From: Octopus sinensis
Taxonomy: Eukaryota
Length of the DNA stretch: 34,445 nucleotides
Assembly (NCBI RefSeq): GCF_006345805.1
Contig: NW_021829940.1
Location: 1-34,445, forward strand
Reading direction: 5' to 3'
A model generated the notes under the pieces. The model did no database searches and was not told the origin of the DNA. It saw only the letters and a program-made list of their open reading frames with translations. Shown here in pieces: positions 24,054-34,358 of this stretch; position 1 is the first letter of the stretch, and the number at the start of each line of letters is the position of its first letter. A program made the position numbers and the translations under genes.

Positions 24054-26484
24054 CAGATCAAAGAGGGTGTCGACAGGGATCAAAGAGCGTGCCGACAGAG
24101 ATCAAAGAGGTGTGCCGACAGAGATCAAAGAGGTGTGCCGACAGAGATCAAAGAGCGTGCCGAAAGAGATCAAAGAGGTGTGCCGACAGAGATTAAAGAG
24201 CATGCCGACAGAGATCAAAGAGCGTGCCGACAGAGATCAAAGAGCGTGCCGATAGAGATCAAAGAGGTGTGCCGACAGAGATCAAAGAGGTGTGCCGACA
24301 GAGATCAAAGAGGGTGTCGACAGGGATCAAAGAGCGTGCCGACAGAGATCAAAGAGGTGTGCCGACAGAGATCAAAGAGGTGTGCCGACAGAGATCAAAG
24401 AGCGTGCCGAAAGAGATCAAAGAGGTGTGCCGACAGAGATTAAAGAGTGTGCCGACAGAGATCAAAGAGGTGTGCCGACAGAGATTAAAGAGCGTGCCGA
24501 CAGAGATCAAAGAGCGTGCCGACAGAGATCAAAGAGGTGTGCCGACAGAGATCAAAGAGGTGTACCGACAGAGATCAAAGAGGTGTGCCACAGAGATCAA
24601 AGAGCGTGCCGACAGAGATCAAAGAGGTGTGCCGACAGAGATCAAAGAGGTGTGCCGACAGAGATCAAAGAGGGTGTCGACAGGGATCAAAGAGCGTGCC
24701 GAAAGAGATCAAAGAGGTGTGCCGACAGAGATCAAAGAGCGTGCCGACAGAGATCAAAGAGCGTGCCGACAGAGATCAAAGAGGTGTACCGACAGAGATC
24801 AAAGAGGTGTGCCGACAGAGATCAAAGAGGGTGTCGACAGAGATCAAAGAGCGTTCCGACAGACATCAAAGAGGTGTGCCGGCAGAGATTAAAGAGGGTA
24901 CCGACAGACATCAAAGAGTTTTGCCGACAGATATCAAAGAGCGTGCCGACAGAGATCAAAGAGGGTGCCGATAGAGGTCAAAGAGTTGTTCCGACAGAGA
25001 TCAAAGAGGGTGCCGACAGAGATCAAAGAGCGTGCCGACAGAGATCAAAGAGCGTGTCGATATAGATCAAAGAAGTGTGTCGACAGAGATCAAAGAGGGT
25101 GCCGATAGAGATCAAAGAGTTGTTCCGACAGAGATCAAAGAGGGTGCCGATAGAGATCAAAGAGTTGTTCCGACAGAGATCAAAGAGGGTGCCGACAGAT
25201 ATCAAAGAGCGTGCCGACAGACATCAAAGAAGTGTGCCGACAGAGATCAAAGAGGGTGCCGACAAAATCAAAGAGGTTGCCGACAGGGATCAAAGAACGT
25301 GCCGACAGAGATCATAGAGGTGTGCCGACAGAGATCAAAGAGGGTGCCGACAGAGATCAAAGAGCGTGCCGACAGAGATCAAAGAGCGTGCCGACAGAGA
25401 TAAAAGAGGTGTGCCGACAGAGATCAAAGAGGTGTGCCGACAGAGATCAAAGAGGGTTTCGACAGGGATCAAAGAGCGTGCCGACAGAGATCAAAGAGGT
25501 GTGCCGACAGATCAAAGAGGTGTGCCGACATAGATCAAAGAGCGTGCCGAAAGAGATCAAAGAGGTGTGTCGACAGAGATCAAGAGCGTGCCGACAGAGA
25601 TCAAGGAGCGTGCCGACAGAGATCAAAGATGTGTGCCGACAGAGATCAAAGAGGTGTGCCGACAGAGATCAAAGAGCGTGCCGACAGAGATCAAAGAGCG
25701 TGCCGACAGAGATCAAAGAGGTGTGCCGACAAAGATCAAAGAGGTGTGCCGACAGAGATCAAAGAGGGTGTCGACAGGTATCAAAGAGCGTGTCGACAGA
25801 TATCAAAGAGGTGATCCGACAGAGATCAAAGAGGTGTGCCGACAGAGATCAAAGAGCGTGCCGAAAGAGATCAAAGAGGTGTGCCGACAGAGATCAAAGA
25901 GCGTGCCGACAGAGATCAAAGAGCGTGCCGACAGAGATCAAAGAGGTGTGCCGACAGAGATCAAAGAGGTGTGCCGACAGAGATCAAAGAGCGTGCCGAC
26001 AGATATCAAAGAGCGTGCCGACAGAGATCAAAGAGCGTGTCGATATAGATCAAAGAAGTGTGTCGACAGAGATCAAAGAGGGTGCCGATAGAGATCAAAG
26101 AGTTGTTCCGACAGAGATCAAAGAGGGTGCCGATAGAGATCAAAGAGTTGTTCCGACAGAGATCAAAGAGGGTGCCGACAGATATCAAAGAGCGTGCCGA
26201 CAGACATCAAAGAAGTGTGCCGACAGAGATCAAAGAGGGTGCCGACAAAATCAAAGAGGTTGCCGACAGGGATCAAAGAGCGTGCCGACTGAGATCATAG
26301 AGGTGTGCCGACAGAGATCAAAGGGGGTGCCGACAGAGATCAAAGAGCGTGTCGACAGAGATCAAAGAGCGTGCCGACAGAGATCAAAGAGCGTGCCGAA
26401 AGTGATCAAAGAGCGTGCCGAAGGAGATCAAAGAGGTGTGCCGACAGATATGAAAGACGGTGCCGAAAAAACCAAAGAGGGTGC
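24054..26484. repeat. Minisatellite of 21/22-bp units GTGCCGACAGAGATCAAAGAG(C|G|GT), roughly 110-115 units
   Basis: Direct reading; unit count estimated from length divided by unit size. Confidence 0.98.
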
Positions 26485-26723
26485 ATGTCACACGTTCATT
26501 TCAGCAATGATATTCTCTCTGTGCACCAATCATATTTGTCATGTAATTCCGGATTATGAAGGCTTACACATATATCATGTTAGTTAATAAACGCCCTTTA
26601 TACCACGAGTTTCTGACGACTTGAAACATTTGGCAACATTAACGGCTTAACTTTAGCTTCTTTTATAAAAATATAAAAATTAATGTGTGTATGCAAGTGC
26701 GTGCGATCCCTTATGCATATAAC

Positions 26724-26771
<48 letters not shown>

Positions 26772-26995
26772 TTATGTACATACATAAATATATACCTATA
26801 TATATATATATATTTATGTACATACATAAATATATACCTATGTATATATGTGTTTGTGTATGTGTGTGTGTATGTGTGTGCGTGCATGCGTGTGTGCGTG
26901 TGTGAGAGAGAGAGTGTGTGCATGCGTGTGTATGTATGTATGTGGGTACGTACGCGTTATGCATATGTAAATTATGTTATATACATATATATTCA

Positions 26996-27111
26996 TGTGG
27001 TTGCTTGCTTCTCAACCACATGGTTGCGGGTTCAATCCCATTGCGTGGCACCTTGGGTACATATCTTTTCGTATAGCCTTGATAGATGGAAACTGAAACA
27101 GGATCATCATA

Positions 27112-27169
<58 letters not shown>

Positions 27170-27340
27170 GGGGTTTGTACATGTCCTTGTGTCTATATAT
27201 GTCCACCTAGCAACGCTTCATAACCTGCGTTTACGTCCCCGGACTTAGTAGTTCAGCGAAAGAGAATGACAGAATAAGTGCTGGAGTCGATTCTTTCCGC
27301 TAAAAATCTCTTGAAAGCGGTGCCTCAGCATGGTAGCAGT
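26996..27340 (+). mobile_element. Degenerate SINE family B with central (GA)n
   Basis: CAACCACATGGTTGCGGGTTCAATCCCATTGCGTGGCACCTTGGG...TTTACGTCCCC...GCGGTGCCTCAGCATGG. Confidence 0.8.
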
Positions 27341-27350
27341 GAGGCCTGTC

Positions 27351-27395
<45 letters not shown>

Positions 27396-27397
<2 letters not shown>

Positions 27398-27563
27398 ATA
27401 AAATAGTGTACATTTAAACACAAGAGAAAACTACCTTTAACAGGTAATTATACATGCTAAAAGAAGCAGTCAAAACGACCGAAACCACATTTAAGAGCAA
27501 TTCGAAGGGAATGAAAAATAAAAACTTTTACCTTGTTATTTTTTACGGTTATACCTTGGTTTC
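27396..27563 (-). mobile_element. Diverged relative of the 21056-21269 pLTR-like segment, between two (TA)n tracts
   Basis: ATATAAAATAGTGTACA...CCTTTAACAGG...TACATGCT...TAAGAGCAATTCGAAGGGAATGAAAAATAAAAA aligns with the reverse complement of 21130-21269. Confidence 0.65.
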
Positions 27564-27607
27564 AAAAAAAAAAATTTTTTTGGCATATATATATATATAC
27601 TATATGT

Positions 27608-27672
<65 letters not shown>

Positions 27673-28996
27673 GATATAATATATATATATATAATATGTA
27701 TATATATATATTTCATATCCCTTAAAAGCAAAGGTTTCTCGAATGTCAACAATTCCATCATCTGTACAAAAATATAAACGTCAACATCAATTCATGTAAA
27801 GCATATCTTATGATATCGAGAGTCAGAAGACGATCAAACCGAGAGCAAAATCAGCTATGTATAGGGTTCTGTTCCTTGATAATTGTTGTGAAGTGAAGTG
27901 AAACCCTCGCACGTGACTGTCGGTGGACTTGGCGCGTTTTATAAATAGATTAAGGCAGTAGACAGTTGAGGTCGAACTGTGAGAGCGTTAGTCTCGTTAT
28001 AGACTTTGCGTTGGAGTATTGGATTGTCATTGTGCGAACGCTTATAATAGGATAACCAACTCTTGTTACATTGCTTATTGTTATAGGGTTATATAACGAT
28101 AATACACAAAAAAGAAGATTGTATCCCATACTGAGATCTTCCCACAATATAACGTGTCCAGCCTCAAGGAGCATCTATTAAGAACTTGACAGCTCCAAAC
28201 ATAACTCCATTTGTCAGTGACATCCCGAAAATACCACGTCACTCTCCAAATTTACTTAGAGATCAAAAGATATAGGGATAAGCACAAGATTAGATTAGCA
28301 ATCCTGGTCGCATCACAAACATTTACAACTGGCCAAAGTTGTTGTAAGCTTTGTCCTGCAGATAAATATCATTCACCACCTCCGCTACAATAATAATGAA
28401 AAACAAAAGCGGAACTAATTTCAGTATGCCAACACATGATTAAATTCCTTTTGAAGCAAGATAAATGGGCATTTGAAGTAATAGACCATGTAATTCAGCG
28501 AAAGGTATCAAGTAACATTTAAACCAGTCATTTACACTCCGTCATTGTTTTCTTAAGGCACTGTTGAGTAGAAGTGACCATACATTTGATTGCGCGAAAT
28601 ATAATCGGCATACCACCCATACACACAGGTAGATAGAAACACGGATCCATATAGATTGATAGATATTATGTATATATGCCGCAACTCGCTACACACACAC
28701 ACACACACATTCACTCATATATATGTGTGTGTGTGTGTGTGGTGTGTGTGTGTGTGTGTGCGCGTGTGTCTGTGTCTGTGTCTATGAAAAGAAAGAAGGG
28801 AAACGTTAGAGAGAGAGAGAGGGGGGGGATATGGGAAAGGAGAGAAAACGGGGGTGTGGTGAAGGTATGTAGGTATACGACATAAGTACGTTATCGGTGG
28901 CAAAGAAATGATTGCAAGACAAGACAAAGATATTTGAGATAAGAAAAAAGTAACATTATGCACGCATGCACACACACACACACACACACACACATA

Positions 28997-29054
28997 CGAG
29001 GCGATACCCCAGCATGGCTGCAAGTCTAATGTCTGGTACAAGTAAAAGAGTAAA
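28997..29054 (+). mobile_element. SINE family B 3' terminal fragment
   Basis: CCCCAGCATGGCTGCAAGTCTAATGTCTGGTACAAGTAAAAGAGTAAA. Confidence 0.6.
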
Positions 29055-29123
29055 TGCATACACACATCTATCTATCTATACGAGTATACATACACACACA
29101 CCACACACATACACACACACATA

Positions 29124-29166
<43 letters not shown>

Positions 29167-29195
29167 ACATAATACCTGTCGAGTATCCGTTTGAC

Positions 29196-29634
29196 GTTTC
29201 AGTCATTTCACTGCGGCCGTGCTGGGGCACTGCCTTGAAGAATTTTTTAGTCGTACAAATCGAGTCCAGTACTTTTTTTTAAAAGCCTGGTGCTTATTCT
29301 ATCCGTCCCTAATGCCGAAGCGCTAAATTACAGGGACGTAAACACACCACCATCGGTTGTCAAGTGATTGTGAGGGACGAACAAAGACGCACATATACGT
29401 ACATGCATACACACACAACACACACATACGCACGCACTCACACACAAATGACAGGCTTTTTTCAGTTTCCGTCTACCAAATCCACTCACAAGGTTTTGAT
29501 CAGCAAGAGGCTATAGTAGAAGACATTTGTTCAAGGTGGTACGAAGCAGCACTGAACCCGGAACCATGTGGTTGGGAAGCAAGTTTCTTACAACACATCG
29601 ATGCCTGCGCCATCCACACAGCCATGCGTGCACC
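29196..29634 (-). mobile_element. SINE family B, full length, with a ~21-bp duplicated 5' end
   Basis: Reverse complement of the family B consensus; CCACACAGCCATGCGTGCACC (29614-29634) repeats the 5' terminus. Confidence 0.88.
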
Positions 29635-29864
29635 ATGAAAATGGTAGGCAGTCCCAGGAATTTGATGCAATATAATATTATTGATCCAATGTTAGACGGA
29701 GAATTTACATGGAATAACTGGGACCTGAAATGAAAGTGGGGTCGAATCCGAGATGAAATGAACGGAAATAAAATCATTGAAAAGAAAAGTCTTTCAGGCC
29801 AAAATTAAAATTTGAACGAAAATAGAATATGAAGAACGAAGAAGAAAGCAGTCGAGAAACCAGA

Positions 29865-29936
29865 TGCTGAAATGCGGGTTTCATCCAGCGACCTTTAAGT
29901 GTTCAGTCTAATGCCCTCCAAATGAGCTTTTTCGAC
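29865..29936 (-). pseudogene. tRNA-Phe(GAA) pseudogene
   Basis: Minus strand GTCGAAAAAGCTCATTTGGAGGGCATTAGACTGAACACTTAAAGGTCGCTGGATGAAACCCGCATTTCAGCA aligns end to end with metazoan cytosolic tRNA-Phe (GCCGAAATAGCTCAGTTGGGAGAGCGTTAGACTGAAGATCTAAAGGTCCCTGGTTCGATCCCGGGTTTCGGCA); T-loop/B box is destroyed. Confidence 0.8.
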
Positions 29937-30009
29937 CAGTATGCTTTCATATGATATTATATTAGAAAAAGATGCCGAAAACGAAATGCAACTTTAAAAA
30001 TACACAAAT

Positions 30010-30172
30010 ACATATATACATACATACATACATACATACATACATACATACATACATACATACACATGCATACATACATACATACATGCATACATGCATA
30101 CATACATACATACATACATACATACATACATACATACATACATACATGCATACATACATACATACATACATA
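30010..30172. repeat. (TACA)n microsatellite
   Basis: Direct reading. Confidence 0.95.
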
Positions 30173-30421
30173 GGTGCAGGAGTGGCTGTGCGATAAGAAG
30201 CTTGCTTCCCAACCACACGGTTCCGAGTTCAGTCCCACTGCGTGGCACCTTGGTCAAGTGTCTTCTACTATAGCCTCGGTCCGACCAAAGTTTTGTGAGT
30301 AGATTTGGTAGACGGAAACTGAAAGAAGTCCGTCGTATGTGTGTGTGTCCATGTATCGATTTTTTCGACTAAAGTCGGTGCTCCAGCGTGGTCGCAATCA
30401 AATGACTGAAATAAATAAAAG
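30173..30421 (+). mobile_element. SINE family B with deletion in the 3' half
   Basis: 5' half intact; jumps to TCGATTTTTTCGACTAAAGTCGGTGCTCCAGC. Confidence 0.88.
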
Positions 30422-31282
30422 AAAAAATATTTATATACACGCACACACTTATACACACGCACACACATACATGCATACATACATACATGCATACATATAT
30501 ATATATATATTTATATATTCCTAATATCACCATAAATTTTATCATAAATTTTCTGTGACTTTACTTTCTTTTCTTTCTCATATATATATATACATATATA
30601 TATATATAATATATATATATATATTATAGATATATATATATATATATATATATATGCGCAAACACATACGCGTATGCTCTTCCTACCTTTAAAACATACT
30701 GAGACACACATAGATACACACGCACATGCACACACAAACACACACGTACACGCACACAAACACACGCATACACACACACACACATAAATTCTCACGCATA
30801 CAATCCCCACCCTCACATGCGCGCGTGCACCAAACCAAGTGACACTCCAAAAAAAAAACCAAATTCTAGTTATATAGAATTACAATATCTGCAGTCTCTA
30901 TACCAAGTCACCGAAAAACGTCATTGTTTTTACCAGTTAGTAATTCATTAGTATTTACTTAACGACTTTCGTCAGTTTCGTCGATTCATGCCGTATATAA
31001 ACGGCCTTGAACCGGTCACAACATCTGATGAAGCACTCAACAACATAGCAATGCTTAGTTGACTGACGGGAACAATGACCTTGTCTGGTAACTCGATTTG
31101 GGTGGTAGATAATATAATTTTATCTCAATTACACTTTTTGCGAGTTTCTCTATTTTCGCTAACAAGTTGCTCCAAGCTCCATATAGTTTTTTAATTTTTT
31201 TTTTTACTAAAGAACATTCTTGTTAATTTGATGGCATAATTAAGTACTTTTCAAGTTAACTGTGAAATATTTATTAAAAGCT

Positions 31283-31698
31283 AGTGGCTGTGTGGTAAGT
31301 AGCTTGCTAACCAATCACATGGTTCCGGGTTCAGTCCCGCTGCGTGGCTTCTTGGGCAAGTGTCTTCTGCTGTAGCCTCGGGCCGACCAAAGCCTTGTGA
31401 GTGGATTTGGTAGATGGAAACTGAAAGAAGCCTGTCGTATATATATATATATATATATATATATTGTGCATATGTATTTGTGTGTATATGTTTGTGTGTT
31501 TGTGTTTGTCCCTCTAGCATTGCTTGACAACCGATGCTGGTGTGTTTACGTCCCCGTCACTTAGCGGTTCGGCAAAAGAGACCGATAGAATAAGTACTGG
31601 GCTTACAAAGAATAAGTCCCGGGGTCGATTTGCTCGACTAAAGGTGGTGCTCCAGCATGGCCGCAGTCAAATGACTGAAATAAGTAAAAGAGAAAGAG
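31283..31698 (+). mobile_element. SINE family B, young near-full-length copy
   Basis: Close match to 32282-32760; central (TA)n/(TG)n. Confidence 0.93.
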
Positions 31699-32027
31699 AT
31701 ACGTATGCGAGTGTGATGCGTATATACGTATGTATGTATGTGTATATGTATGTATGTATATATGTATGTATGTGTATGAATGTATATACGTATATGTGCG
31801 TGTACGTATGTATGTATGTCATTGTTCAGTTCTATTTCAAAATTTCTTGCCAATAGAGAAAGTGCCGGTTTCTAACCTAGATCCAAAGTCCCTTCATTGG
31901 AATTTTGACAACAGGGTATTTTTGTTTGTATATATAAAAGACCAATTTCAACGCTTTTTAATCGCAGAATGCTGAAAATGAATGTGTAGCATGCGCTTCT
32001 ATTCTTATCATGAAACAGTTCCAGACG

Positions 32028-32083
32028 TTTATCTTTTATCTGTTTCAGTCATTGGACTGCCGCTATGCTGGGGCACCGCCTTG
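32028..32083 (-). mobile_element. SINE family B 3' terminal fragment
   Basis: TGTTTCAGTCATTGGACTGCCGCTATGCTGGGGCACCGCC. Confidence 0.8.
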
Positions 32084-32281
32084 TAAAACATTCATACAGA
32101 CATCTCCAAGTTCTTGGACAAACCAAACTGGACATTCACACAGTTTCATAAGTAAATTCTACTGATGTGAGGTTTTCCTCTCTCTCCCCCAGTCAGTAAT
32201 TGTTAATGTTATCAACTGTAAATATCCTTGTGTCTGGCAATAAATATTTCAGTTAAATCTTCAATGGTTTTGCTTCAGTTA

Positions 32282-32482
32282 GGCGCTGGAGTGGCTGTGT
32301 GGTAAGTAGCTTGCTTACGAAGCACATGGTTCTGGGTTCAGTCCCACTGCGTGGCACCTTGGGCAAGTGTCTTCTACTATAGCCTCGGGCCGACCAAAGC
32401 CTTGTGAGTGGATTTGGTAGACGGAAACTGAAAGAAGCCCGTCGTATTATATGTATATATATATATATATATATTATATAAT

Positions 32483-32530
<48 letters not shown>

Positions 32531-32760
32531 TGTGTGTGTTTGTGTATCTGTGTTTGTCCCCCTAGCATCGCTTGACAACCGATGCTGGTTTGTTTATGTC
32601 CCAGTTACTTAGCGGTTCGGCAAAAGAGACCGATAGAATAAGTACTGGGCTTACAAAAGAATAAGTCCCGGGGTCGATTTGTTCGACTAAAGGCGGTGCT
32701 CCAGCATGGCCGCAGTCAAATGACTGAAACAAGTAAAAGAGTAAAAGAGTAAAAGAGAGT
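32282..32760 (+). mobile_element. SINE family B, young full-length copy
   Basis: GGCGCTGGAGTGGCTGTGTGGT (A box), GGTTCAGTCCC (B box), ACCTTGGGCAAGT (CORE-like), central (TA)n, tail (GTAAAAGA)x3. Confidence 0.95.
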
Positions 32761-32908
32761 TATTATTCGCACATACAACGAAATTTGTTTTCATTTACCA
32801 AATCCACATCGCGCAAAAACCAAGCAACGATTGCAGCATATTCTAGCCTCTGTCGTTACTTTAATATAAACAATTAGTGTTATGATTTATCTTTTTTAAC
32901 TGTAGAAA

Positions 32909-33141
32909 TACTCTTTTACTCTTTACTCTATTACCTGTTTCAGTCATTTGACTGCGGCCATGCTGGAGCACCGCCTTTAGTCGAGCAAATCGACCCCGGG
33001 ACTTATTCTTTGTAAGCCCAGTACTTATTCTATCGGTCTCTTTTGCCGAACCGCTAAGTAACGGGGACGTAAACACACCAGCATCGGTTGTCAAGCAATG
33101 CTAGGGGGACAAACACAGACACACAAACATACACACGCATA
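32909..33141 (-). mobile_element. SINE family B, 3' half, cut at its central microsatellite by the tandem array
   Basis: Reverse complement of about 32525-32755. Confidence 0.93.
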
Positions 33142-33206
33142 TTGAGATGAGATGATGCATTCTAGTATCTCAAAATTTAATATACAATTATTCATAATTG
33201 TAGTAT

Positions 33207-33298
33207 CCTGCGCCGATGAGAGAAGAAGTACGGGTAAAGTAGAATTTTCTAATTCTTACGCTATCCTAAAACTTGATCTCGAAACGTACGTCCGTAGG
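33207..33298 (+). ncRNA. Type I hammerhead ribozyme candidate, copy 1 (predicted cleavage after C33292)
   Basis: Stem I CCTGCG/CGTAGG; core CCGATGA (33213-33219); stem II GAGA...TCTC with long bulged extension; GAAA (33281-33284); palindromic stem III ACGTACGT; GUC triplet. Confidence 0.8.
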
Positions 33299-33779
33299 TA
33301 ACGTAAAATTGCATGATGGATTGCCGTCATTTCATCCTTTCTTTCTTACCTGTCTGTGTTTGCCTTTCAAGTGCTGTGTTTTTACTGAGATCCCCCTTTT
33401 AGTAGAAGGAATAGCTATATCTCTTTGACTGCTATTTCTAAATTCGGTGTGTTGGTGTGGCAATTCGTTGCTTAATTACTTAGTATTACTTAAATTTTCC
33501 TCGAATGGGGCTTTTACATGCTGAAATCTACTTGGTGTAATTGATAATTATCCCTAATTAATTAATTTCACCTTTTATTATTACTGATAACCATATTTTA
33601 TCCCAGTAAATGACCACAGCATTTTATCTTGGCTACACGCGGGTGGAAGGGGGCTGGTGACACAAACTTTCATTCAACTTTGAATTTCGTGGTACTGGTC
33701 ATGCTTTAGCTCGCTCTGAGTTGAGATGATGCATTCTAGTATCTCAAAATTAATATACAATTATTCATAATTGTAGTAT

Positions 33780-33870
33780 CCTGCGCCGATGAGAGAAGAA
33801 GTACGGGTAAAGTAGAATTTTCTAATTCTTACGCTATCCTAAAACTTGATCTCGAACGTACGTCCGTAGG
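33780..33870 (+). ncRNA. Hammerhead candidate, copy 2 (GAAA reduced to GAA)
   Basis: Same fold with one A missing at 33854-33856; a mutation or a sequencing indel. Confidence 0.6.
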
Positions 33871-34358
33871 TAACGTAAAATTGCATGATGGATTGCCGTC
33901 ATTTCATCCTTTCTTTCTTACCTGTCTGTGTTTGCCTTTCAAGTGCTGTGTTTTTACTGAGATCCCCCTTTTAGTAGAAGGAATAGCTATATCTCTTTGA
34001 CTGCTATTTCTAATTCGGTGTGTTGGTGTGGCAATTCGTTGCTAAACCCTTATTACTTAGTATTACTTAAATTTTCCTCGAATGGGGCTTTTTACATGCT
34101 GAAATCTACTTGGTGTAATTGATAATTATCCCTAATTAATTAATTTCACCTTTTATTATTACTGATAACCATATTTTATCCCAGTAAATGACCACAGCAT
34201 TTTATCTTGGCTACACGCGGGTGGAAGGGGGCTGGTGACACAAACTTTCATTCAACTTTGAATTTCGTGGTACTGGTCATGCTTTAGCTCGCTCTGAGTT
34301 GAGATGATGCATTCTAGTATCTCAAAATTTAATATACAATTATTCATAATTGTAGTAT

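Noticed and set aside
24054-26484. CRISPR-like array
   Set aside because: Repeats are contiguous with no unique spacers, no cas genes, eukaryotic context
24001-26587. Long + strand ORFs (up to 458 aa) as a repetitive protein
   Set aside because: The unit has no stop in any frame, and the 21/22-bp mixture cycles through all three frames, so there is no frame preservation
27780-28620. Unique-looking stretch as a host exon or TE ORF
   Set aside because: The short ORFs show no recognisable domain; a small exon cannot be excluded without RNA-seq or BLASTx
31025-31080. CTGATGA followed by an AGCA...TGCT stem as a hammerhead
   Set aside because: No GAAA after the stem and no stem I or III closure
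32282-32352. SINE B heads as functional tRNA genes
   Set aside because: A and B boxes are present but there is no complete cloverleaf, and they are always fused to the SINE body
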